Positions 10,567 through 20,657 of a stretch of 64,000 bases of DNA are shown here, piece by piece. The notes beneath the pieces are model-generated. The model was not told the origin of the DNA and searched no databases. It saw nothing but the letters and a program-made list of their open reading frames with translations. The DNA is taken from the NCBI GenBank assembly GCA_965221955.1, contig CBDCTA010000022.1, positions 224,001 to 288,000 on the forward strand, given 5' to 3'. The position numbers were made by a program, and so were the translations under genes. Each line of letters begins with the position of its first letter. Positions within the stretch are counted from its first letter, which is position 1. The stretch comes from Gammaproteobacteria bacterium. GTDB lineage: Bacteria; Pseudomonadota; Gammaproteobacteria; UBA4575.

Positions 10567-10833
10567 ATGAGTACACCTGAAATTACAATTTACACCGGCC
10601 ATCGCTGCGCATACTGTAATGCAGCAAAACGTATGCTGGACAGCAAAAACGTAAGCTATACCGAAATTAATATTCATGAAGATGCTTCTAAAGCTGAAGA
10701 AATGGTTGAGCGTACAAAACGCCAAACGGTACCGCAGATATTCATCGGTGATTACCATGTTGGTGGTTTTGATGATATGGCTGAACTCAACAGCGAAGGG
10801 AAGCTAGATAAATTACTCAGTGGGGAAGAATAG
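10567..10833 (+). CDS. grxC: Glutaredoxin 3
   Basis: CAYC, TVPQIFIG, GGFDD; adjacent to secB. Confidence 0.94.
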   Translation: MSTPEITIYTGHRCAYCNAAKRMLDSKNVSYTEINIHEDASKAEEMVERTKRQTVPQIFIGDYHVGGFDDMAELNSEGKLDKLLSGEE

Positions 10834-10908
10834 GCGAGAATCCATAATATATTTCAGTCATAATTATAGGCACTAGCAAATAGGTCGATTAATTACTCAT
10901 AAAAATCT

Positions 10909-11373
10909 ATGGCTGACAAACCCGCACAAAAATTTGAAATTCAAAAGATCTATGTAAAAGATCTTTCATTTGAAACACCGAATTCCCCTAAGATTTTCAC
11001 CGAGAAATGGAATCCTAAAACAGATGTCCATATTCAAACCGAGAACACCAAGCTCGATGATAAAATCTTTGAAGTAGTTATAGTCGTTACAGTTACCGCA
11101 ACTCAAGACGATACCACTGCATTTTTAGTAGAGGTAAAACAAGCAGGAATATTTTTCATCGAACATTTTGCCGAAGAGCAACACAAGCAATTATTAGGCA
11201 GTTATTGCCCAAATATACTTTTCCCTTTTGCACGTGAAACAATCTCTGAATTAGTGACTAAAGGTGGTTTTCCTCAGTTGCTACTTAACCCGGTAAATTT
11301 CGATGCGCTTTACCAGCAACACTTAAATGCTGTTAAAGAACAAGAAGAAAACCCAGAACAAGTAAAACACTAA
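10909..11373 (+). CDS. secB: Export chaperone SecB
   Basis: IQKIYVKDLSFETP, CPNILFPFARE, PVNFDALY. Confidence 0.97.
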   Translation: MADKPAQKFEIQKIYVKDLSFETPNSPKIFTEKWNPKTDVHIQTENTKLDDKIFEVVIVVTVTATQDDTTAFLVEVKQAGIFFIEHFAEEQHKQLLGSYCPNILFPFARETISELVTKGGFPQLLLNPVNFDALYQQHLNAVKEQEENPEQVKH

Positions 11374-11391
11374 CAAATTAAACATTAATTT

Positions 11392-12384
11392 ATGGCAAAT
11401 GTTGCAGTATTAGGTGCTGGCTCCTGGGGTACCGCACTTGCAATTCAACTTGCAAGTAACGGTCACCAAGTATGTGCTTGGGATCATGATGCAGAATTAA
11501 TTTCTGCACTACAAAATGATCATGAAAATAAGCGCTACCTCCCAGGTAACAAATTTCCTGAAAAGCTCTCTGCTGAACACGATCTCGCCACTGCAATACA
11601 AAATGTCGAATTTATTTTATCCGCAGTACCTAGTTATGCAATGCGCACGGTATGTGAACAACTTGCTTCCCTAAAGCATTCGAAAAAATTTATTTGGGCG
11701 ACGAAAGGTTTTGAAAAACAAAGCAAAATGATGATGCATCAGGTTGTAGAAGATGTTTTAGGTACTGATGTCGAATCTGCTGTAATTTCTGGCCCATCTT
11801 TCGCCAAGGAAGTTGCGAGTAGTTTGCCCACAGCCGTGACACTTGCGTCTAGTAATATTGAATACGCTAAAGAATTAGCCGCTTATTTTCATAGCGATCA
11901 CTTTAGAGTATATGTGAGTGATGATGTCGTAGGTGTAGAGCTGGGAGGTACAGTTAAAAACGTTTTGGCAATCGCTGCGGGAATTGTAGATGGCTTAGGT
12001 TTTGGGGCGAATGCAAGAGCCGCATTAATAACAAGGGGACTTGCCGAGATGATGCGTTTAGGAACTGCATTGAATGCGAACCCAAAAACATTAATGGGTT
12101 TAGCCGGCATGGGCGACCTAGTATTAACTTGCACAGATAATCAATCACGCAACCGCAGGTTAGGGCTCGCTTTAGCCAAAGGCCAAACAGCTCAACAATA
12201 CATGGATGAAGTAGGGCAGGCAGTAGAAGGCTATCATGCAGCACAAGTCGTGCATGATATTGCCCAAGACCATAATGTTGATATGCCCATCTGTGAAAAT
12301 GTCTGGAAGGTATTAAACGGTCATTCAGAACTTAAGGCTGCAATTTCTGATTTGCTTGGCAGAGATATGAAAGAAGAGTTTTAA
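11392..12384 (+). CDS. gpsA: NAD(P)H glycerol-3-phosphate dehydrogenase
   Basis: GAGSWGTALA, SGPSFA, KNVLAIAAG, GDLVLTCTDNQSRNRR. Confidence 0.97.
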   Translation: MANVAVLGAGSWGTALAIQLASNGHQVCAWDHDAELISALQNDHENKRYLPGNKFPEKLSAEHDLATAIQNVEFILSAVPSYAMRTVCEQLASLKHSKKFIWATKGFEKQSKMMMHQVVEDVLGTDVESAVISGPSFAKEVASSLPTAVTLASSNIEYAKELAAYFHSDHFRVYVSDDVVGVELGGTVKNVLAIAAGIVDGLGFGANARAALITRGLAEMMRLGTALNANPKTLMGLAGMGDLVLTCTDNQSRNRRLGLALAKGQTAQQYMDEVGQAVEGYHAAQVVHDIAQDHNVDMPICENVWKVLNGHSELKAAISDLLGRDMKEEF

Positions 12385-12389
12385 TAATT

Positions 12390-12845
12390 CTATTTAAAAT
12401 CATTTTGCCTCCAAGCCTCATATAGAATTATCCCGACCGAATTCGCTAAATTTAAACTGCGGGAAGACTCATGCATTGGAATTCGCAGCACTTGTTCAGC
12501 ATCATATTGCTCGAGAATTGAATTTGGAAGACCTCTTGTTTCAGGACCAAAAATAAAAGTGTCTCCTTCTCGAAAATTTGGTACATCATAGTTTGTACAG
12601 CCTTTAGTCGAGCATGCAAAAATCCGCTTTGGTTTCAATGTTTCTAGCATTGCATGATAACTCTGGTGTTCTATAACACTGGCAAATTCATGATAATCTA
12701 AGCCCGCTCTGCGTAGCTTTTTTTCATCTAAATGAAAACCCAATGGATGAATTAAATGCAAAGCACAGCCCATATTGGCGCATAGACGTATAATATTGCC
12801 GGTATTAGGTGGAATCTCGGGTTCGTACAAAACGACATTAAACAT
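12390..12845 (-). CDS. trmL: tRNA (cytidine/uridine-34 2'-O)-methyltransferase
   Basis: [39 protein letters not shown]. Confidence 0.96.
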   Translation of the reverse strand: MFNVVLYEPEIPPNTGNIIRLCANMGCALHLIHPLGFHLDEKKLRRAGLDYHEFASVIEHQSYHAMLETLKPKRIFACSTKGCTNYDVPNFREGDTFIFGPETRGLPNSILEQYDAEQVLRIPMHESSRSLNLANSVGIILYEAWRQNDFK

Positions 12846-12849
12846 ATAA

Positions 12850-13806
12850 ATGACTCATTCAGAAAAACTAAAACTCGAATTTTGCGGCCTGCAACTAAAT
12901 TCACCGATCGTTTTGCTTTCAGGGTGTGTGGGTTTTGGTGAAGAATATACACGTATTGAGGGATTCTCCAATACAGATGTTGGTGCAATATGTTTGAAAG
13001 GCACAACCGCTGAACCACGATTTGGAAATGCACCACATCGAATTACTGAAACACCAGATGGCATGCTTAATGCAATTGGTTTACAAAATCCTGGTGTGGA
13101 CGCTGTCGTAAATGATATTTTGCCTAAATTGGATTTTACGGAAACGCGTTTTATCGCTAATGTCTCCGGCTCCACAATTGAAGAGTATGTTGAAGTTACT
13201 CGGAAATTTGATGATTCACCGATAGATGCAATCGAAATTAATATCTCCTGTCCAAATGTAAAAGAGGGAGGTGTGGCATTTGGGAATGACCCTGAGATGT
13301 CCGCGCGTGTTGTCGAAGCCTGTCGCGCAGTAACTCAAAAACCACTGATTACAAAACTTTCACCTAACCAAACTGATATCAGACACAACGCTAAATTGTG
13401 CATTGAGGCAGGAAGTAATGCATTTGCTGTGATTAATACGGTTATGGGTATGGCCATAGATATACACAAAAGACAGCCTGTTATTCATAACAACCAAGGC
13501 GGTTTATCCGGCCCAGCAATTAAACCGATTGCATTATTAAAAGTGCATGAGGTGTATCAAGTCTGCAAACCACACAACATCCCTATTATTGGGCAAGGCG
13601 GTGTAGTGGATGCAAAGGATGCGATTGAATTTTTATTAGCCGGTGCAACCACTGTTGGTCTGGGTACAGGACTTTTCTATGACCCTTTGTGTTGTACAAA
13701 AATTAACGACGGAATCGTTGAATACTTAGAACAGAACAGTCTCAAGCATGTGAATGAAATAATCGGTGCATTACAAACTTATACGGACGCCACAAGTTGT
13801 GTTTAA
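12850..13806 (+). CDS. pyrD: Dihydroorotate dehydrogenase, family 1 catalytic subunit
   Basis: [19 protein letters not shown] (catalytic Cys), [15 protein letters not shown]. Confidence 0.93.
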   Translation: MTHSEKLKLEFCGLQLNSPIVLLSGCVGFGEEYTRIEGFSNTDVGAICLKGTTAEPRFGNAPHRITETPDGMLNAIGLQNPGVDAVVNDILPKLDFTETRFIANVSGSTIEEYVEVTRKFDDSPIDAIEINISCPNVKEGGVAFGNDPEMSARVVEACRAVTQKPLITKLSPNQTDIRHNAKLCIEAGSNAFAVINTVMGMAIDIHKRQPVIHNNQGGLSGPAIKPIALLKVHEVYQVCKPHNIPIIGQGGVVDAKDAIEFLLAGATTVGLGTGLFYDPLCCTKINDGIVEYLEQNSLKHVNEIIGALQTYTDATSCV

Positions 13807-13819
13807 AGATCATTTTAAA

Positions 13820-13849
13820 AATGTCCGCATTCAGCCAATAGCGGACATT
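13820..13849. terminator. Hairpin between convergent genes
   Basis: AATGTCCGC-12 nt-GCGGACATT. Confidence 0.6.
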
Positions 13850-13855
13850 AAAACT

Positions 13856-14401
13856 TTAGTTATCCAGGCCGGGAAGACCATCCACACTTTTTGTATTTTT
13901 ATCTGAACGATATTCAGCAAGCTCTTCTAGACTTCTAGTATCTGCCCAACGCTTCAAATCATCTCTATGGGATTTGAAATTCATAAGTGGCACTCCCATT
14001 CCACATGAGTCGCTTATACGTTCAACATTGATTTTAATAATTGATCTAGAACCATTGTGAGATGAGAAATTGCCAATCAAGCTATTATATTCTTTGTCAG
14101 ATGGCAGAATGATTTGTCCTTTTCCATGTAAGCGTATGATTTTCGGTGCACCTTCAAAAGCACAAAACATTATCAATATACGTTTATTCTCTTTGATATG
14201 GGAAATCGTCTCTATTCCGCTTCCTATGTAATCTAAATACGCGACAGTATGTTGGTCAATTATATGAAATGTATCCCCTCCTTTAGGTGAACAATTTACA
14301 TGCCCGTTTTCTGACAATGGAGCAGTTGCAACAAAGAAGATATTTTGTTTCTTAATCCATTTAGAAATATCTGAATCGATTTTTTCATACACTTTCCCCA
14401 T
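13856..14401 (-). CDS. Pyridoxamine 5'-phosphate oxidase family FMN-binding protein
   Basis: FFVATAP..GHVNCSPKG, GSGIETISH, IMFCAFEGAPKIIRLHG, SCGMGVP. Confidence 0.9.
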   Translation of the reverse strand: MGKVYEKIDSDISKWIKKQNIFFVATAPLSENGHVNCSPKGGDTFHIIDQHTVAYLDYIGSGIETISHIKENKRILIMFCAFEGAPKIIRLHGKGQIILPSDKEYNSLIGNFSSHNGSRSIIKINVERISDSCGMGVPLMNFKSHRDDLKRWADTRSLEELAEYRSDKNTKSVDGLPGLDN

Positions 14402-14462
14402 ATTGTTACTTCACCTTAATGATTTATTACTGCCGTTTAAATGTTGTTATTTTGCAAATACT

Positions 14463-14495
14463 AGATTGCCTCGTCACTGCACTCCTCGCAATGAC
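14463..14495 (-). repeat. REP/RPE-like palindromic unit
   Basis: GTCATTGCGAGGAGTGCAGTGACGAGGCAATCT resembles the GTCATTGCGAG..GCAATC palindromic repeat class; one copy in the window. Confidence 0.55.
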
Positions 14496-14558
14496 TAAGC
14501 TGACCACAAAATTTTTAATTCTGAGACAATAATTAAATTCCGAGATTAGTTTCAATTC

Positions 14559-14620
14559 ACCTAACTTTAATCTGAGGCAACATCCCTGTTGCAACTCTTA
14601 TTCGCATATCCCTATGCTCA
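14559..14620 (-). repeat. Twin GGA-hairpin repeat, copy A (3' of ntrC)
   Basis: TGAGCATAGGGATATGCGAATAAGAGT is identical to 57339-57365, followed by hairpin GCAAC-AGGGAT-GTTGC and TTAAAGTTAGGT. Confidence 0.8.
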
Positions 14621-14622
14621 CA

Positions 14623-16035
14623 TTATGACTGAAATAGCCCTAACTCCTGAATCTTCCTCGTTAGTGTATTCCTACCCCAACCCAAAAGCTTTGCAGCTTC
14701 TTGGCGTTTACCACCGGTTTTACGCATCGCAGCTTTAATCATCACCGTTTCAAATTCCGGTAATGCTCGCTCTAAAATCGCATCACTGCCTTTTGATAAT
14801 TCACGATTCGCCCATTCGTTTAATAAAGCTTGCCAACTCGCAACATCCGTTACAGACATTTCATCTTTTAACATCTCAGCAGGTAAGTCTTGCATACGGA
14901 TTTCATTACTAGAGGCCATAACCGTTAACCAACGGCAAACATTTTCTAGTTGGCGAATATTTCCTGGCCAAGTGAGTGCACTAAGATATTCAACAACTTC
15001 GTCAGAAATCTTTTTAGTCTCAGTTTCTAATTCTTTGGCCGACACTTTCATAAAGTGCTGCATAAGAGCAGGAATGTCTTCTTTACGGTCCCGTAAAGGT
15101 GGTAACTGAATACGAATGACATTTAAACGGTGAAATAAATCTTCACGAAACTCGCCATTGCGTACGCGCACTTCTAAGTTTTGGTGCGTGGCTGCAATGA
15201 TGCGTACATCTGCCTTAATAGGCTCATGCCCACCGACACGATAAAAGTGTCCATCCGATAACACACGTAATAAACGTGTTTGCAAATCTGCAGGCATGTC
15301 ACCAATTTCATCTAAGAATAAAGTGCCACCATTCGCTTGTTCAAACCTTCCTTTGCGTTGAGCTTGCGCACCCGTGAAAGCACCTTTCTCATGACCAAAT
15401 AATTCTGACTCCAAAAGTTCGCGAGGAATTGCAGCCATATTAAGCGCAATAAATGGCCCATGCACACGCGGGCTATTGTCATGCAGTGCATGTGAAACTA
15501 ACTCCTTTCCTGTTCCAGAAGCGCCGTTAATTAAAACAGTGACATTGGAATGCGATAATCTTCCGATGGCACGAAACACTTCCTGCATGGCAGGTGACTC
15601 ACCAATAATACCAGGCAGCTCTTCAGAGGATTCTTCTGTTGCATCACTACTTTCTTCATCCACCGCCAAACATGCGCGCTTTGTAAGTTCTACAGCCTCT
15701 TTAACATCAAACGGTTTAGGCAAATATTCAAATGCTCCTTTTTGATATGCCCCTACTGCACTTTGTAAATCAGAATGTGCTGTCATGATGATGATCGGCA
15801 GTGCAGGGTGATCGGCTTTGATGCGATCTAAAAATTCAAAGCCATTCATTCCTGGCATACGTACATCAGTGAGGATGGCTGTCGGTACATTAGTTTCTAA
15901 TTCATGTATAGCCGTGTTAGCGGATTCAAATGTCATTACAGGAATTTCTGCTTTTTGAAATGCTCGTTCTAACACCCAACGCATGGCTTGATCATCATCA
16001 ATTACCCAAACTTTATTTTCTCTCATAGTATTCAC
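14623..16035 (-). CDS. glnG: Nitrogen regulator NtrC
   Basis: Receiver domain, GASGTGKE, ESELFGHEKGAFTGA, Fis HTH LLGWGRNTLTRK. Confidence 0.97.
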   Translation of the reverse strand: MNTMRENKVWVIDDDQAMRWVLERAFQKAEIPVMTFESANTAIHELETNVPTAILTDVRMPGMNGFEFLDRIKADHPALPIIIMTAHSDLQSAVGAYQKGAFEYLPKPFDVKEAVELTKRACLAVDEESSDATEESSEELPGIIGESPAMQEVFRAIGRLSHSNVTVLINGASGTGKELVSHALHDNSPRVHGPFIALNMAAIPRELLESELFGHEKGAFTGAQAQRKGRFEQANGGTLFLDEIGDMPADLQTRLLRVLSDGHFYRVGGHEPIKADVRIIAATHQNLEVRVRNGEFREDLFHRLNVIRIQLPPLRDRKEDIPALMQHFMKVSAKELETETKKISDEVVEYLSALTWPGNIRQLENVCRWLTVMASSNEIRMQDLPAEMLKDEMSVTDVASWQALLNEWANRELSKGSDAILERALPEFETVMIKAAMRKTGGKRQEAAKLLGWGRNTLTRKIQELGLFQS

Positions 16036-16036
16036 T

Positions 16037-17200
16037 TTATTGTTTTAGGCTAAAATTATTTTTGCCATTTAATGGCAGTAAAATTCTAAATTCTGTATGT
16101 CCTAGACTTGAGTCAAATTCTATCAAGCCATCATGTAAATTAATTAGATTTTGTGAAATAGGTAGACCTAAACCTGTCCCGTCTTCACTTCCTGAAACCA
16201 TAGGGAAAAATATTTGCGACTTTAACTCTTCATTTATTCCGCCACCGTTATCAATCACACTCACCTCTACTACTAAACGATGCATCACATCGCCAATCGT
16301 GTATTGCCGCAAAACTCGTGTTTTTAAAATAACCTGTCCTATTGAATCATCTTTTTTATTTTCAACCGCGCATACTGCGTTACGAACAATGTTTAAAATC
16401 GCTTGCACTAGTAAGTCATGATCAGCATGTACTTCTGGAATACTAGGATCGTAGTCGGTTTTAAATTTTACTCCAAAAGGTGTTTCCGCAAGCGCTAAGT
16501 GACGTATATGCTCTAACACATCATGAATGTTAAGTGGTTTTTTCGTCGGCGTGACGTTTGGACCGAACATGCGATCGACTAATTTACGCAATCGATCTGC
16601 TTCACTGATTATGACGTCGGTATATTCACGTAAAGATTTTTCATTTAACTCTCCTGCCAATAACTGTGCCGCCCCGCGCAAACCACCAAGAGGATTTTTA
16701 ATTTCATGCGCTAAACCACGCAGCATATTTTGTGTTGCTTGAGTTTCAGACAACAGATGCTCTTCGCGACTGATACGCACCATACGGTCGACTTGAATGA
16801 TTTCTAACAAACAGATGGCTTGTTTATCTTTAGCGAGCATCGGAGTGATTGAGCAGTCAATCGTGATGTCGCCTCTACCAATATGCTTCATGACGACTTC
16901 GCGCTGTGTCATAGGGTGACCTGTTTGCATAGAAGTTTGTATATGCTTAAGTAACTGATCATCAGTATCTTGAATAAAGTCTGTAATCGGTCGATGCAAA
17001 GCATGTCGAATACCCGTGCCCACAATTTCTTCACCCGCAGGGTTCAAATATTTAATGTGTAAATTTTTATCAACTAAAAACACTGCCATCGCAAGGTTAT
17101 CTAAAATCCTTTGCGGCTGCGTTTTATGTTCGGAAACCTGTATGTTCGCTGGCATAAGAGCAGGGAGTTCTCCAAATATATTCGTTGCGGTTTTAGTCAT
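16037..17200 (-). CDS. glnL: Sensor kinase NtrB
   Basis: PAS, LAHEIKNPLGGLRGAAQLL, DYDPSIP, GTGLGL. Confidence 0.96.
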   Translation of the reverse strand: MTKTATNIFGELPALMPANIQVSEHKTQPQRILDNLAMAVFLVDKNLHIKYLNPAGEEIVGTGIRHALHRPITDFIQDTDDQLLKHIQTSMQTGHPMTQREVVMKHIGRGDITIDCSITPMLAKDKQAICLLEIIQVDRMVRISREEHLLSETQATQNMLRGLAHEIKNPLGGLRGAAQLLAGELNEKSLREYTDVIISEADRLRKLVDRMFGPNVTPTKKPLNIHDVLEHIRHLALAETPFGVKFKTDYDPSIPEVHADHDLLVQAILNIVRNAVCAVENKKDDSIGQVILKTRVLRQYTIGDVMHRLVVEVSVIDNGGGINEELKSQIFFPMVSGSEDGTGLGLPISQNLINLHDGLIEFDSSLGHTEFRILLPLNGKNNFSLKQ

Positions 17201-17299
17201 AGCAGGTCCTCAACTACTTACCTGCAATAATCGATCCAACAAATTTCAATACCGTAGTTGAATAAAATCAACGACTTAGCATAAAAGCAGGCTGAAATA

Positions 17300-17316
17300 T
17301 GCACTATTATAGTGCA
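17300..17316. promoter_or_regulatory. NtrC binding site upstream of glnL
   Basis: TGCACTATTATAGTGCA matches TGCAC-N7-GTGCA. Confidence 0.85.
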
Positions 17317-17398
17317 TATTGAGAATTAATATTGTGCGATTCGCACTATTTTAGGGCTGAAAGTGGATGTTGCCCCAAATATAGACGATTACCGAGCG

Positions 17399-18058
17399 CT
17401 AATTTGCAGGTGGTGGGGGCGGAGGTGGCGTTGCTGGTCTATTAAATTTTGTATTACTAGGGAATTTTTGGTTGGTTGCAGTAGTGTCTGAGTCGCCTCC
17501 ATCATTATCAGAAGAATCGCCTTGTACGTTTTGCAATGCTGAAAACCGTTGCAAGGTGAATGTAACTGGAGTAGCACTAATCTTAGTGCTGCCATTTGCA
17601 TCAACCACTTTAACTCCAATTGTATGTGTACCACGGTCAACATTTTTCAATGCCGTGATGGTACTGGACCCGCTATATACTTCCGTACCATCTATTGTTA
17701 CTACATATTTGTGGCCAACACGTGTTTGCAATGCAGGGGAAGCTTGGAAATTTATAGTGATGTTTCCTTGATTGTTTCGAACTGTAGAATCATTAGTAGG
17801 TGAAGTAATCGTTAGCGCAGTGTACTTATTCTTGTCTTCTAACTCTGTATTAGTAGAAGTAGTACGAGGTGTGCTTGCTAGGGGTTTAGTAGGTATAAGT
17901 GTGGGAAGTTCATCCGTTTTAACTGTTTCAGCATTCGTACACCCACTAGGTGAATCAGTATAAATGGTTTTACCATCAGCATCTTTGCAGGTATAGATCT
18001 CCGCCTGCACATTCGCACAGAATACAATCAACATAAAGATGATAACGCTACGTTGCAT
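17399..18058 (-). CDS. DUF4124-type secreted protein with Ig-like domain and Pro-rich tail
   Basis: Signal peptide then AEIYTCKDADGKTIYTDSP; start moved to ATG 18058 (GAGGGAG RBS); usual glnA-glnL spacer gene. Confidence 0.8.
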   Translation of the reverse strand: MQRSVIIFMLIVFCANVQAEIYTCKDADGKTIYTDSPSGCTNAETVKTDELPTLIPTKPLASTPRTTSTNTELEDKNKYTALTITSPTNDSTVRNNQGNITINFQASPALQTRVGHKYVVTIDGTEVYSGSSTITALKNVDRGTHTIGVKVVDANGSTKISATPVTFTLQRFSALQNVQGDSSDNDGGDSDTTATNQKFPSNTKFNRPATPPPPPPPAN

Positions 18059-18137
18059 ACACACTGCTCCCTCGTTATTACAACGAATATTACTCTTGAT
18101 ATTGAATAAGACCCAGGAAAAGTGTCTCAAGTTGCAT

Positions 18138-18177
18138 AAAAAACGCCCCGAAAGCCGAAGTGGCCCGGAGCGTTTTT
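18138..18177 (-). terminator. glnA terminator
   Basis: GC-rich imperfect stem AAAAACGC..GCGTTTTT with T-tract. Confidence 0.75.
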
Positions 18178-18202
18178 AAAGTAAATTGAACTAAACAGTG
18201 AC

Positions 18203-19612
18203 TTAACAGCTATAGTACAGCTCAAATTCAATTGGGTGAGTTGCCTGGCGTAAAGCAGTAACTTCATCCATCTTCAGTTCGATATAGCCATCGATACAAT
18301 CATCAGAGAATACCCCTCCAGCTTTTAGGAAGTCTCGGTCATTGTCCAAAGCCTCTAATGCTTGGTCGAGCGATGAACAAACCGTAGGAATGTTCTTTTC
18401 TTCTTCAGCCGGCAGGTCATATAAATCTTTATCGTTTGCAGGACCTGGATCAATTTGATTTTGAATACCATCAAGTCCAGCCATCATCATCGCTGCAAAA
18501 GTAAGATATGGGTTACCAGTTGGATCACCGAAACGCACTTCGATACGTCGTGCTTTAGGGTTTGATTCATAAGGAATACGTATCGACGCAGAACGATTGC
18601 GTGCAGAGTAGGCCAACATTACTGGTGCTTCAAAGCCTGGTACTAACCGTTTGTAGCTATTTGTACTTGCGTTTGAGAAGGCATTAATGGCACGTGCATG
18701 TTTGATGATGCCTCCAATGTAATACATCGCGGTTTGCGATAAGTTTCCGTAGAGATCACCTTGAAACAGATTGTTGCCTTCTTTAAACAGTGACATGTGC
18801 ACATGCATACCACTACCGTTATCACCTACAATGGGTTTGGGCATGAATGTTGCTGTCTTACCATAGTTGTGTGCAACATTGTGTACAACGTATTTTAAAA
18901 TCTGGTTCCAATCTGCACGTTCAACAAGTGTGTTGAATCTAGTTCCAATTTCACATTGTCCTGCGGTTCCTACTTCGTGGTGATGCACTTCAACCGCAAC
19001 CCCCATTTCTTCTAATACTTGACACATTGCAGAACGTAAGTCTTGTAAAGAATCGACTGGAGGAACAGGAAAGTAACCGCCTTTAACACCTGGACGGTGG
19101 CCAATGTTGCCATCTTCAAAATGTTTTTGTGAGTTCCACGCTGACTCATCGGAATCTACTTGAAATGATGCGCCAGACATTTCATTGCTCCACTTCACAT
19201 CATCAAACACAAAGAATTCTGGTTCAGGCCCAAAGTACGCCGTATCCGCAACACCTGTTGAGTTCAAATAGGCCTCTGCGCGTTTAGCGACTGAACGTGG
19301 GTCACGCCCATAACCTTCCATAGTTGAAGGCTCTAAAATGTCACAGCGTAGGATTAATGTAGAATCGCTAAAGAAAGGGTCCACCACTGCAGTCCCCTCA
19401 TCGGGCATTAAAATCATGTCTGACTCATTAATACCTTTCCATCCAGCGATAGATGAGCCATCAAACATTTTACCTTTTTCAAAAATGTCTTCTTCTACAG
19501 TTGAGGCAGGTACAGAAACATGTTGCTCTTTGCCTCTGGTATCAGTAAATCGGAAATCAACGAATTGCACATCGTTGTCATTGATCATTTTCATCACATC
19601 ACTCGCGGACAT
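18203..19612 (-). CDS. glnA: Glutamine synthetase type I
   Basis: [45 protein letters not shown] adenylylation site. Confidence 0.98.
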   Translation of the reverse strand: MSASDVMKMINDNDVQFVDFRFTDTRGKEQHVSVPASTVEEDIFEKGKMFDGSSIAGWKGINESDMILMPDEGTAVVDPFFSDSTLILRCDILEPSTMEGYGRDPRSVAKRAEAYLNSTGVADTAYFGPEPEFFVFDDVKWSNEMSGASFQVDSDESAWNSQKHFEDGNIGHRPGVKGGYFPVPPVDSLQDLRSAMCQVLEEMGVAVEVHHHEVGTAGQCEIGTRFNTLVERADWNQILKYVVHNVAHNYGKTATFMPKPIVGDNGSGMHVHMSLFKEGNNLFQGDLYGNLSQTAMYYIGGIIKHARAINAFSNASTNSYKRLVPGFEAPVMLAYSARNRSASIRIPYESNPKARRIEVRFGDPTGNPYLTFAAMMMAGLDGIQNQIDPGPANDKDLYDLPAEEEKNIPTVCSSLDQALEALDNDRDFLKAGGVFSDDCIDGYIELKMDEVTALRQATHPIEFELYYSC

Positions 19613-19719
19613 TGGATTCTCCTTAGCTACGACTCTTACGTTTTATAATGTAATTTTTACAGTGTAATTCTTATGGTTGTAACTAATTGCTAGTTACATT
19701 CATATACTAGGTGTACTTA

Positions 19720-19735
19720 AGCACATAGCGTGCCA
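19720..19735 (-). promoter_or_regulatory. Sigma54 -24/-12 promoter of glnA
   Basis: Minus strand TGGCACGCTATGTGCT (GG-N10-GC). Confidence 0.85.
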
Positions 19736-19821
19736 TTGCACTCTATTGAGGCCTGTACTCAAGCAACTGCGGCATTATACGCAGCTTTTGGTGAAGATGT
19801 AGGCGCACCAAAGTTTTTTTC

Positions 19822-19859
19822 TGCACCATTACAGTGCTTCAAAGCACCAAGTTGGTGCT
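19822..19859. promoter_or_regulatory. Tandem NtrC enhancer sites
   Basis: TGCACCATTACAGTGCT (19822-19838) and AGCACCAAGTTGGTGCT (19843-19859), about 100 bp upstream of the glnA sigma54 promoter. Confidence 0.85.
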
Positions 19860-20143
19860 TTAACAATTTAGTCTACAAACCACAATTGGATTGTTTGTCC
19901 AAACCTTTTTATTAAAGCAGAAGTACAGATATACAAATATTCCATTAAAAAGTAGTGGTTAAATACATAAATTAGAAGCTTTTAGAAAAATATGCTTTTG
20001 CCGAGATTTGTCACCAAAAGCCCTTTTGCGTAGACAAATTTAGTCCAAGTGCTAACTACGTCACATTCTTAAAATAGCATCATTTTCTTGTAACTAACTC
20101 TCCATCAGTAGGTTACTGAATTTACTCAATCCATCACTCAATC

Positions 20144-20159
20144 TGGCATAGGCCTTGCT
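20144..20159 (+). promoter_or_regulatory. Second sigma54 promoter, divergent from glnA
   Basis: TGGCATAGGCCTTGCT, near consensus TGGCAC-N5-TTGCW. Confidence 0.8.
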
Positions 20160-20225
20160 CTATAGATATTAGAAACTTTTGAATGTGCTCGGGATGAGCA
20201 TAGTAACCACGACACGGAGGTCAAT

Positions 20226-20345
20226 ATGGGCGTATCAACAGATGTATTCACAACTGTGTATATCGTTTGGATCGCCGCAAGTTTGGCAGCATTAGCTTGG
20301 GCTTATCGAAACGCACTTAAAGAAAAATTTTGTGGGCACAAGTAA
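20226..20345 (+). CDS. Unannotated 39-aa single-TM small protein
   Basis: GGAGG 5 nt upstream of ATG; MGVSTDVFTTVYIVWIAASLAALAWAYRNALKEKFCGHK*. Confidence 0.6.
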   Translation: MGVSTDVFTTVYIVWIAASLAALAWAYRNALKEKFCGHK

Positions 20346-20657
20346 TAAAGTTAAACCCGGTGAAAGTTTAGAAAGGATTCATTTATAAAGCACGGATGCT
20401 TTTTTACACACACGGAAATGTGTGCAATGAAATGTAGAGTGGTGCGATGCGTTGGCTAGCACAGTAGGGAACACTTAAGACAAGGATTGTCGCCTCTACA
20501 CTTTTCAATTTAATGAAGTTGTAACCTCAGGACGAGATACAACTTGCAAGGACGCAAAACTAGATAGCTCAAGATTGTTAATCAGGGGAGTTTTATCTAA
20601 ACCGACTTAGGGAAGAGGGCTGCGTGACAAGGATGTCTTTTTCGCAGCACCGATAGT

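Noticed and set aside
19730-19915. 61-aa ORF in the glnA promoter
   Set aside because: Overlies the sigma54 promoter and NtrC sites; no RBS
20371-20640. Repeated AGGA/CGGA units as a CRISPR array
   Set aside because: No constant repeat or regular spacing and no cas genes; fits CsrA-site hairpins
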